The position numbers and the translations under genes are program-made. A stretch of DNA of 64,000 bases from Ascidiella aspersa (taxonomy: Eukaryota). The notes below the pieces were generated by a model. It was given only the letters and a program-made list of their open reading frames with translations, had not been told where the DNA came from and ran no database searches. Location of the stretch: positions 6,696,001 to 6,760,000 of the forward strand of contig OZ004613.1 of the NCBI GenBank assembly GCA_963924565.1. Direction: 5' to 3'. How positions within the stretch are numbered: the stretch's first letter is position 1; every line of letters begins with the position of its first letter. Shown here one piece after another: positions 48,757 through 59,500 of the stretch.

Positions 48757-49862
48757 TCTATGATTGTATAAGAATGCTTTGAACCACACACATCACGTAG
48801 GCTTCATGGCTACCAACTGTCATACAGTCGTCATGTAGAGGATTTGTACTATGACGTCTCGATATTACGCCACACCAACTTTGGCGTATCTGGCAAAATT
48901 CGGAGAAATCACCGCGTGGTTTTAAATGGGAATTCCCGAGGGTATTTCCCAGGTGCGCAGAGCGGCGATGCGTGTTTATAAATACCGAAGCGGACAAAAC
49001 AAACAAACAGGGATTTGTAATATGAGTACTCAAAAGGAATTCTGGTTTTGTGAAATGTACGTCAGACAAAGGCTGTTATTTCCGAATTTTAACAAATCAA
49101 TAAAACCAGTAGGTACGATTGCTCAAGGGATTTAAACTGTGTGTACTGTATATATACCGGAAAATATATCAATATTTCGGTATATAAACTGGTTGTTGCT
49201 AAATGGTTCGCCCCTATTCGTAAGTGTAAAACATAAATCGTGCTAATTGCTTTGAATCAAATGGCGAATAAGGGTAAGCGTACAAAACGTATTCACGCAG
49301 TTAAAACAGCAATAAAACGAGTAAGATGGTGGAAGTCATGGTCCAGTGCCCCCACCATGGTTCCTCCCCTAAACGTATGATTGTATTGTTGGAAATGTTG
49401 GCGCAACACCATGTTGTAAAGCGGTATCTCCCAATAGTTCCACCATTTTGTGTTCTATTTAGGTTTCGCTTGGTATTTGTGCCCATTAAAAGGATTCTTG
49501 GCACCGCCTACTTGTAAATACCATGCGCGTCAAAACACCCAAATAAATCTTAAAAAAACCTGAGCCACTGAAATACCAAATTATCTTTTCGATCGCTTTA
49601 TTTAACTTTGTCTTGTTATGGCTAATTCACTTCACCTCACTTGGTTTGTTTTATTTCCTTTAAGTATTGCGTTTTTCACTTATTACCACTAATTGTTTCC
49701 CGCCTTTGTTTTATTGCTAAGGGCAATTCCTTAGTTTCATCAGTGGCTAAAACTAAAGAACCACGACAGTCTGGTTTGAGCGTGGTGTGGTACAGTGTAT
49801 TGGTTTTCATGAGCAAGCGAGCTAGCGTACGTGCTAGTCGCTTTGCTACAGTTAGAGCCTAG
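48757..49862 (+). mobile_element. Candidate non-autonomous Helitron
   Basis: A|TCtatgattgtataagaatg at 48757; imperfect 36-nt palindrome at 49812-49847 ending 11 nt before CTAG|T (49859-49862). The pairing of the two ends is inferred. Confidence 0.5.
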
Positions 49863-50431
49863 TGTTGGCGTTCGCGCCTCACGGCCACACAGAATAATAA
49901 ATACCAATGTTTAACTGGAGTGCGGCATCCGGTCAGTGACAGGCCGTCAAGCAGTGAATAAGATATGGCGCAACAATAACACTGATCATGTTTCAAAGCG
50001 AATTTATTTCGGTCATGGATTTATGGTACAACTTTAGTCCTTTAAAGCTTAATAAATACAATTTTTGCTTATATTTTAGTGTGTCAGACTCACTTGTTTA
50101 CAACTAGCCAAATTTCTAAAAGAAAAAATAAGCGTTTTTATTATTTAAAATGTCAAACGAAACTCCAGAAATAAAAAACTCTTCTCGAACGAATAAACCC
50201 ACAGGTCTGTAACATATAATATTGTAATGTTTATGAAAATCTAGCATCAGCTTTAAACATTTCTTCCTTGAGATATTTTAAAATATGTGCCAACTGTTTT
50301 TAACTATAGTCCCGAGAAGGCTAGAACACTTTTGTATAAATGTAACAATCAAAACAAATAGGAAAATATCACTTATACCTATACTTTAGCCTGCCTAAAA
50401 GTTAAAAGGTATCGTTTTTTTCGTGAGATTA

Positions 50432-50635
50432 TCAGGGTCGTAATGACTTAAGTCGATGACTTGAATTAAGTGCACTTAGGTTACTGTTTTCGAATGGCTT
50501 TACGTTTAGTCGTTTACCCAATTTTAATATCTTGAATTTAAAGACTAGAATTGCTCGTATTATGACTTTACTGGGACTTGACTTGTTATTTATTCAAAAT
50601 GACTTGACTTGGACTTAAGTCATTTCAAAATGAAT
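50432..50635. repeat. Dispersed gacttgactt/aagtcaagtc-rich element (related copies at ~18500-18770, 33243-33395, 36700-36855 and 42550-42700)
   Basis: Clustered aagtc pentamers and cagtgttgt-like ends; probably a TIR-element family. Confidence 0.5.
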
Positions 50636-51057
50636 AGTTAAAAGTAATCGTTTTCGACTCGTTTTTCTCGTCGCCAACGAGTAATTCGACAGGTTCAACA
50701 GCCATACTTCGTAACCATAGTTATATTAAGTCTAAATATGACGTAATTTTTTAGCAATTTCTCGATTTTTGTTTAGATCGGTAATCGATTTTCCAGGGTA
50801 AATTTGTCAAAAGTTTTAAGGGTAGCCGCAATATATTACTAACCGACACTATAGCTTTGTATTTTGGAAAAACTTAACTGATACGTTAGATTAAAAAAAG
50901 GAAAGAAACCATTTGATGTTGGGTTTAAGTGAAAGATTAACTTTATTTTACGTGGTAGTAAAAGTCACGTTCGGAACAACCCCTAGCGTATTGTAATAAA
51001 CTATTCCGGCGTATAAAAGCATACAGCGCTGTCTGTCAACATTCCTTTGTGAAAACG

Positions 51058-51831
51058 TCACCTCATTAAACCGCCAGATATGTCAAGGATGGCACCGTTT
51101 ATGTAAGAGCTTTCATCGCTCGCCAGGAACAAACAAGCATTAGCAACTTCGGCCGGCTTACCGAAGCGCCTCATTGGAATATGTGGCTTTGCTTTATCAG
51201 GAAATGCACGGCCGTAGGGACTCAGCATTGTAGTGTCGATTAAACCTGGGGTGGCTGCATTGCACCTGACACCGAACTTTCCCACCTCAATGCACGTCGT
51301 TTTCGTTAAGGCATTTACACCAGCTTTGGAAGCAGCGTAGGACGAACCTTTTAGCAATCCAACATTTCCCGCTAAGCTTGAAACATTAACGATACTTGCT
51401 CCAGCTGCATCCTTGTTTTTACCAAGCTCAAGTCTCTGAAGAAACTCCCTTGTATAAGTGAAGGCGCCAAACAGATTGATGCCTATGACATGATTAAAAG
51501 AAGCCAGGGTTGTGTCGACGATCGGCGATAAAGGTAGGACACCTGCATTGTTTACTAGAACATTGCATTTCTGACCGAATCGGTTGCTAATAGCACTAAA
51601 AGCCTCACGCGCGGAACTCTCTTTAGATACGTCGGATTGAATCATCGCCACGTTGCCTTTAAATGTTTCACTGAGTTTTTTGAAGGCAGAATTTAGATTT
51701 TCTTGATTCCGACCCACCATCATTACTTTGGAACCTTCGGCCAGAAAGCGTTCGCAAATAGCTTCCCCGATGCCCCCTGCGGCTCCAGTGACAATAGCCA
51801 CTTTACCTTTTAACCTACCAACTTGCGCCAT
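51058..51831 (-). CDS. HSD17B8-like: Classical SDR, HSD17B8/FabG-like (SDR-18), 257 aa, NADP-type
   Basis: Intact motifs; ATG (MAQVGR) at 51831. Confidence 0.92.
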   Translation of the reverse strand: MAQVGRLKGKVAIVTGAAGGIGEAICERFLAEGSKVMMVGRNQENLNSAFKKLSETFKGNVAMIQSDVSKESSAREAFSAISNRFGQKCNVLVNNAGVLPLSPIVDTTLASFNHVIGINLFGAFTYTREFLQRLELGKNKDAAGASIVNVSSLAGNVGLLKGSSYAASKAGVNALTKTTCIEVGKFGVRCNAATPGLIDTTMLSPYGRAFPDKAKPHIPMRRFGKPAEVANACLFLASDESSYINGAILDISGGLMR

Positions 51832-52101
51832 TATAAAACCACCAAACAAAACCGCAATAACTGCAACAGTTGAAAGCTTGATGTGCTTCTAAGCCTGTTA
51901 TCTTATGCACTTTCCCAGCCAAGCCAACAATACCTATATGATGCATTGAGTGTCGTGTTTGAAAACATGAAGTTAATGATTGGCAGAACCTGAAAAACAG
52001 CAGCCAAAGCGAGCAGTGTTTGCTAAGATCCGTAGCTGTAGTGAGTGAATGCGTTTATAAGGCATAAACCTATGTATTTTTGTGTTATTGTTATTCTAAC
52101 T

Positions 52102-52364
52102 CAGGGGTCACCAAACTACAACCTACGGGCCAGATCCTGTCGGACATATCAATTAATCTGACCCGCTGCGCACCTCTGGAACTTTAAACTGTATGACAAT
52201 TTAGCAAAGCTCACTACGATGATTGTTGCATATAGTTACTTGTATTTCTTTCGTTCAACCCTAGTTAGGTTGAAGTGTGACAAAACTTTTATTTCTGTCC
52301 CGCGTTGGTAAATCCCAATAGATATCCGCCCCGCCATGATCAGGTCGTGTAGGTATCCGACCCT
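52102..52364. mobile_element. Degenerate hAT-type MITE
   Basis: Left end caggggtcaccaaact after ttcTAact; the right end is degenerate and abuts the next MITE. Confidence 0.4.
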
Positions 52365-52370
52365 TTAAGG

Positions 52371-52722
52371 CAGGGGTTCTTAACCAGGGGTACGTGTACC
52401 CCTTGGTGGTACGAAGCACCAAAGCAGGGGGTACGACATGCAGTGTGAAATTATGCGCTATTTAGGCATATTTGTATTTAGGCAGGTACGAAAAGCAACA
52501 TAAAAAAACAATATTAAATTGACTGATTTTTTGTGTGTGGTAAATATTGTTGCTTACAAGACTGTATTTAATGCATGCATTCAACACGGAAGTTAGAAAT
52601 ACATTGAGTTTAATACCTATCATTACAATTTAATTTACTTCCGTCGGTCATTGTAGACAGGGGTACGAGAAAATTTCATGAAAGCTAAAGGGGTAGACCG
52701 CCAAAAAGGTTAAGAAACACTG
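52371..52722. mobile_element. hAT (Buster-type) MITE
   Basis: TIR caggggttcttaacc / ggttaagaaacactg; perfect TSD cttTAagg. Confidence 0.9.
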
Positions 52723-53121
52723 CTTTAAGGTTTTACACAGTAGGCCTATGCCTTGCGAAGGATGTGGATAAACATAACTAGGTTCAATCTGACATAGACA
52801 ACGCGATATGCACTACCGGGACCTTTGCAAACTTTCAGAGATGATATCACAATTAGGGTCAAACATGTATTTGTAGGAAATCGCTGATTCCAAAGAGCAC
52901 TTGCAAAAACAAAGCGTGAAAAAATCGTTATATGTTTAAAAATAGTACAAAGATATTCTAAATTGGAGGTCATAGGGCACATAAATAAGATTCGACCCAT
53001 TGCTCGAAATGATGGCATTATTCCTATAATTTTGGAAAATACACCAAAGAGCCACTGCTCCATAGCCGTATGAACATTAAACTTGCACAAAAGTCTTGTA
53101 CAGAAAAGTGAGCGAGGTATT

Positions 53122-53608
53122 AATTACGTTATTGAATCAATGCAATGGTCATGTTGCAATTACGTTATTGAATCAATGCAATGGTCATGTTGCAATTACG
53201 TTATTGAATCAATGCAATGGTCATGTTGCAATTACATTATTGAATCAATGCAATGGTCATGTTGCAATTACGTTATTGAATCAATGCAATGGTCATGTTG
53301 CAATTACGTTATTGAATCAATGCAATGGTCATGTTGCAATTACGTTATTGAATCAATGCAATGGTCATGTTGCAATTACGTTATTGAATCAATGCAATGG
53401 TCATGTTGCAATTACGTTATTGAATCAATGCAATGGTCATGTTGCAATTACGTTATTGAATCAATGCAATGGTCATGTTGCAATTACGTTATTGAATCAA
53501 TGCAATGGTCATGTTGCAATTACGTTATTGAATCAATGCAATGGTCATGTTGCAATTACGTTATTGAATCAATGCAATGGTCATGTTGCAATTACGTTAT
53601 TGAATCAA
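53122..53608. repeat. 36-bp minisatellite, 13.5 copies
   Basis: Unit aattacgttattgaatcaatgcaatggtcatgttgc; a single g>a variant in copy 4; no spacers. Confidence 0.97.
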
Positions 53609-54506
53609 GCGATTAGGCAACAATTCATATAATGTAGGTTAAATAGAGTAGTTTTGTTAGGCGATGCCCTGTGGCAGTTAGAGCCACATGGCAAATTACA
53701 TGCAGCACTGAAGTCATGGTAAAGTAAGGAGTTACATGAAGGCTGTATGTCATTAGAGGTTATAGTTTAACAGGCTGTTTTCTTCGGCAACCTACTATAA
53801 CCCCTGGGACAGGGTATACCCCACAAGATAAGACCTGGGTGAAACTACGCATAAGAAAAGGGGAATAGTTTCTCGCCTTTGCAAGTGTTCGAAAATTCAA
53901 CTGTTCGAAATTGGTAACATGTTGTTGGTTTACCTATGGAACGTCTAATATAGTTGTATTTTATGGCGATACGGGCACCCTTTATTTACACAAAAAGGAC
54001 AGCTACCGGTGCGGTACAAAAAGAAGTCACGCAAAAATATATATGACTAAAACAAAGAAATCTGTAAAGGTATAATGTTTACAGTATCCTCAGCCAAATA
54101 TGTCACTTTTAAGGCTTAGTTAGATTATACACCATATACACCACTAATCGAATCAGTCGATCAATGCAGGCTATAGAAAAACAACTAACCCGTGGTGAGG
54201 TTCGCTCATACGACCTCGGCCATAGCAGAAACGTATATCTACCACAACGTATATCCACATTGACGAAATAAACTTGGTATCGGACGAGTACGAACACTAC
54301 CACTTGGGATCGAGTACCTAACCGTATTCGAAAACATCAGTTAAACCTATACTAGGCATAATAAGTAATGTATTTTTTTCTCGTTGACAAAAGAGCGAAA
54401 CGCTTAATTAAGCTAAGCTTTCTTTCCATAGCCCAGGCTTATTATTCTGCTTTTAGCAGTTGCCTGGCCGTGACACTTTGAGTTGACCGGATAAATAGGC
54501 GCTTCG

Positions 54507-57274
54507 TTAGGTTCTGTAAAGCGCGAGACACATAAACAAGCCAATCAGCAGCAAAGCGTACCGGGCTGAAACCTGATAACCATCACTGCCTGCTGGCAAT
54601 GGCGAAACAGGCTGGTCAGTTGTCGGATATGTTGCTACTGGTTGTGATGTCGGGATGGTAGTTTCTTGTGCTGTTGTTGAAGGTGATCGTGTTTGTGTCG
54701 GTGTTTGTTCGACTGTAGATGTGGACTGTGTAGTTGATGTCTGTCCCGAGCAATTTTGAATGCTGTCCTTTGGAAATTTCGTCAGGCTACAGTTTGTCAC
54801 AACGGGCGTGTTGCAGCCGTTTGCGTTGCAGCAACAAGTCCAACTGAAAAAACAAAAAGGGAATTTTAAAACGCAAGTAGGACAAAAATAAGACAGAGCT
54901 GTAATAAGCCCGAACGGCAGGTCATATTATGGCTGTAACTATCGATGTAATCTAAAAACATGATTTAAAACAGAATCTTTCCAATGTTTAATATAATTAA
55001 TCAGCTACAATTGGCAGCACAAGCTATCATGCAGCACGCAGCCATTACCCCTCCCACAAAAATATAGTTTTTGCCAATCTACCTATATATACATATGCCA
55101 AACAATTCGAATGTTAACTGTTAGGGAAATATAAATACAACATTGGAAACGACCGTTTTCAAATTACAATTTTTGCCAAAGTAAACTGGTTTAACGATTA
55201 TATTTTACGCGCCTATAGAAAGCCATTTTTTGCACATTTAGTGTCTGGTGTATACTTTCCTTTTTTCGGGTTTGTGCTAAAGATGCCATGCATGTCTCCC
55301 TCTAAATTAAACATTGGCTAATTGGAACTAAATAAACATACTTTTTCGCCCCCAACGTGATCCTTTTACCAACATATCCTTGCATAAATTAGGACCAAAT
55401 TTCAGTTGCCTATTTGCGCAAGAGTTCGAGCATGAACTCAACCTTTTATGCTTGTCAATCCTCGTGCCCCCCGTCTCAATCCTCGTGCCCCCCTGCTTTT
55501 AAAATTCCCAGTATTGTGTTTAACGTATTTTCACTTGTTTTACTTCTGGGCAAAAGGAAATTGCAAAATCGTTTCACCTGGCATTACACATTAGTTGCTT
55601 GCCCAACAGCATTTGCCGGATACTTAATAATTAGGCTAAGGGTATCAGCAAGTAATTGGCCGACCGAAAATGGCTAGCATAAAGCAGCACAGTAATTGTT
55701 TCGCCACAGCAATAGGTCTTTAACCAAACTTGCCACTCGCGTGACAAAAATTAGGCGTAACTTTCCGCAATAAAACGAACAAAATAGTTGCAATATTCTA
55801 CTTTAAACATCCCTACTGACGAGTAAAGGCAGGTGTCCGAAAAATGTGTTACAAAACGTTTACAGTCATAATAAAACAATCTTGTAAATAGTGACACTTT
55901 GTACCTATAGATAGAAAGGTAGACCCGTAGCCCCCAATGACCGCTCCGTGGCCCCCCAGGGGGGCCGAGGGCTACGGTTGAGAAACCCTGGGCTACACAA
56001 ACAAAAATCCTAGATCCGCCCCTGTAGATTATTAAGTTTTTTAAATCGCATGACATAAAACACGCTCTAAACCACATTTGCTACTGACCTGTCACAGGAA
56101 GGCGAACATCTGTAACTAAAACTCCGCAATCCATCGGTGGTAGTTTCTATTAAAACACCTTGATTCACACAGGGATTTAAAGGTTCTCAAATCTGTTGAC
56201 TGGTTTAGTTTTAACTACATTGTGATAGGTTAAACCAGGGGTTCTTAAACTGGGGTCCATGGACCCCTTGGGGGTCCGTGAACTAGTTTTAGGGGGTCCA
56301 TGAAGGTCTAATTGAAATATTAGCATTTATTTAAGAAGTAATCAATTTATTAAAAAAATCAATTTAATTAAAAATAAAAAGGTTTTGCACTGAATGTATT
56401 TAGACTCCATTTCACTTTTACATTTTTGGACCAAAATCAGCAAATTTATGAAGTCTATTTGTACTGTGACGTCAATTTATGACGTCATTTTTTAATTTTT
56501 GTTTTGCCTACAGTGGTCCACGCGAGATAAAAAAAATTTTAGGGGTTCGCGGTAAAAAAAGTTTAAGAAACCCTGGGTTAAACCTTCTTTATAATGTGCA
56601 AGGGGCAGTCGACTATTGGAATTTGCTTTGTACATTGACAACGAGTATAGTTCGGTGCAGCTTTGAGAATTTATTTTAATAAAGTTATATAGTTTTACAA
56701 TTCTTCTGTAACTGAAAAATAGTGGGTATATGTGTGTGCTTGAAGTTGTCTTGTAGGTTGTATTATGTTCCGTTACTGAATAAAAGAATTATAAGTATTC
56801 TTATTTCATTACAAGTGTTTTTTTGTATAAGAAGGTTGAACCATTACTCAACTCCAAAAACAATGATTAAAGCAAGCCACCCAAACGTACTTTAAAATTA
56901 TTAAAGCTTATGTGCACAACTCAGTTCAATAAAACATTACTATTTTAATAATACAGTAGAGCCAAATGTTTTTACAGATCTCAATTTTGTTATTATGCCG
57001 CACCATTTCATAATTGAATATTATGCAATGTAGCTACAAATGTCTCGTTTAAAACGTGTTCAGAATCAGTTTTTGGTTAATTATGTTTACACCCACCTTG
57101 CGTTACGCAATTTCCATCACAAGGTTTCAACTCTAATGTGCAGGTTGTTTTGATGAAGTTAGAGTTTCCGCTGGGATCGTTGTACATCGCAACTTCTCCT
57201 TCATAGCAGTCTTTCAACGAGACCGCTTCAACCACGAATGCAAGAACGCAGAAAAGTTTCATGGAATTAGACAT
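54507..57274 (-). CDS. Probable GPI-anchored Ly6/uPAR (three-finger)-like protein with Thr/Ser/Pro stalk, 190 aa, 3 coding exons (LU-A)
   Basis: Exons 57274-57097, 56146-56089 and 54843-54507 (573 nt). Splice sites AG|GTGGGT, ttttaatag|, AG|GTCAGT and ttttttcag|, phases 1 and 2. Signal peptide, LKDCY start, CCCNANGCN and a hydrophobic C-terminus. Confidence 0.85.
56236..56575 (+). mobile_element. hAT MITE (7938 family) in LU-A intron 1
   Basis: TIR caggggttcttaaact / agtttaagaaaccctg; perfect TSD ggtTAaac. Confidence 0.93.
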
Positions 57275-57420
57275 ATTGGCAATCGCAATAAGATAGTAAA
57301 CGTTTCGGCTATAGGTTGGCTATAATTTTGTTTCAATAATCATTTTTTAGTGTTGTAATAACCAATCAGGTACATGAGTAAAACTTTCGACTGAATTAAA
57401 CGTGTTCATTTAGTTTAGCA

Positions 57421-57759
57421 CAGGGGTTCTTAAACTTTTTTTACCGCGGACCCCTAAAATTTTCTTTCATTTCCCGTGGACCACTGTAGGCAAAAAAAAT
57501 TAAAAAATGACCTCATAAATTGACGTCACAGTACAAATAGACTTCATAAATTTGCTGATTTTGGTCCAAAATTGTGAAAGTGAAATGGAGTCTAAATACA
57601 TTCAGTGGAAAACCATTTTATTTTTAATTAAATTGATTTCATTAATAAATTGATTACTCCTTAAATAAACACGTATATTTTAATTAGACCTTCATGGACC
57701 CCCTAAAGAATGTTCTCGGACCCCCAAGGGGTCAATGGACACCAGTTTAAGAACCCCTG
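57421..57759 (-). mobile_element. hAT MITE (same family, inverted) 147 bp upstream of the LU-A ATG
   Basis: Perfect TIR; perfect TSD gttTAgca; near reverse complement of 56236-56575. Confidence 0.93.
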
Positions 57760-59368
57760 GTTTAGCATATTGAGTATTATGCAGTGATGAAAGTAAGTCG
57801 GAACGGTAAGGAACGGCATTCGGTTAGAACATTTTTTGAAAATGAATTATTTTTCTACCAGGACATATCACTTATACACCAGGCCACGCCACCAAAACGT
57901 TTTAATGCATTCAAACTTAGGTCTTTTAAAATTACAGTTATGACGTCGTCTAAGAAAATTTTATTAATCTATCATCACCCTGAAACTATATAACATTTAA
58001 GAATAGTTTTCCAAGTTTTTTAAACCATTTTAGAGTAAAAAGAACATGTATTGGTCATCAGACAAACATAATGAGTTAATTAAGTAAAAAATAATTCAAA
58101 AACACACAGGCTCTGACTATACCGACTTCTCATTTTGTCAACAAGGGGTTCTTCAATTGTTCAAACTACCAGGGTCTTAATATAGTAAAAAGTATTATTG
58201 CAATGCTTAACATGAAAATTGGGTTTATTTCAGTTGTGCGGGTTACTTTGTTTGAGTCATTTGGCTCTAAACACTTTTAAACAATTTTAAACTAAGGTAT
58301 ATCTGCCAGAACGGAAACACTAACAATGCAACAGTCAGGGACCACGTCTAATACTCATTTTACTACATTTAGGTAAGAGCAATCATTCGTACTCAACATT
58401 TGTTTCGCCATCAACAACGTGATGTTGCCAACATAAAGTAAAACAATTAGTTGTGGTATGTCAAAACACCTACCATCTTTCCTCGGTGAAGTATCGAGGG
58501 GACATTAAAGGGGTTTACCCAGCCAGCCAGACAATACCTGCTAAAAAATGTCACCAAAGGCAGTCACAAAGCATATTGTCATGGCGTAAACAATATGTAA
58601 TTTGAGCACAAATTGTTCTGGCATACAAAGCGCAATCATAATTCTAAGAGTAAAATAATAGGTTGGGCTAACACCGTTTCATTTTTTATGACGGAGTAAC
58701 TTTTTATCCAATTATAGGGAAGTAACATAAAATAAATCGATTTCGTAGCAATTTGCCCCAAAATTCTTTGGTATGGTGGGATTCTTGGTTATAATAAAAA
58801 AACTGTTATGTTTGTTCAATATTTGCACATTTGCCTTTTTGGGACTGAATTTTTTCAATTTTGGAACTCATTTTGTAAGACCAAACGATTTTTCTGAAAT
58901 TAACGCGAAACGCGAAATCTTGAAACACACCAAAACCATATGTGAACCCAAAAAAAGTGGTCAAACGCGTAACTAAGTACCCCTACTTTAAATTGTAAAC
59001 TACTATTGGTGGAAAACTAAACAAAAATATCCCACGCCATCACTTGAGTGAATTGTTTCATAGTGAAAACGTTTAGTGGTCAAACCAGGAATTTTGGGCA
59101 AATGAATACTTTTTATTTTTGTTTTAACGCCTAAACCTTTCTTCTGAATGCTTACACAAGTATTGCCTTGAAAAACATACCGTCGTTTCTTTTATATTGA
59201 TGATAAAATGTGATATTCCGATTATATTAGCGAACATGATGTGCACGAAAATGCGACACGCCTTCTACACCAACATAGCGCCAATCTATTTTAAGCGGTA
59301 GTAAGTCAAAGATAAATTGTCCGCAAGGTGGTGCTAGTGATTAACAAAGACCATTGTAATAAACAGAA

Positions 59369-59500
59369 TCTTATATATACATATATATGTATAATAAAAA
59401 TTTGTGGGTCAGTATCCAACGAGTTCGCGTTTTAGGGAGACAGACAGGACAACGTATAGCTCATATTGCTCCGTCTTAAGTTTGTCGCCGGGCAAGTGGG
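59369..59500 (+). mobile_element. Helitron 5' end, same family as 9912
   Basis: A|TCttatatata..., tttgtgggtcag...gttcgcgttttaggga...gctcatattgctcc shared with 9912-10030; 3' end not identified. Confidence 0.6.

Noticed and set aside
698-51831. Bacterial fabG operon or contaminant contig
   Set aside because: Kilobase AT-rich spacers, eukaryotic hAT and Helitron elements and contiguous spliced genes; no operon packing.
53122-53608. CRISPR array (36-bp repeats) and the 177/178-aa repeat ORFs
   Set aside because: The repeats are head-to-tail with no spacers, there are no cas genes and the context is eukaryotic. The ORFs start at non-ATG codons and follow from a 36-bp period.
55920-56026. MITE termini (ggttgagaaaccctg; tagatccgcccctg) in LU-A intron 2
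   Set aside because: Partner ends were not found, so no bounded element can be called.
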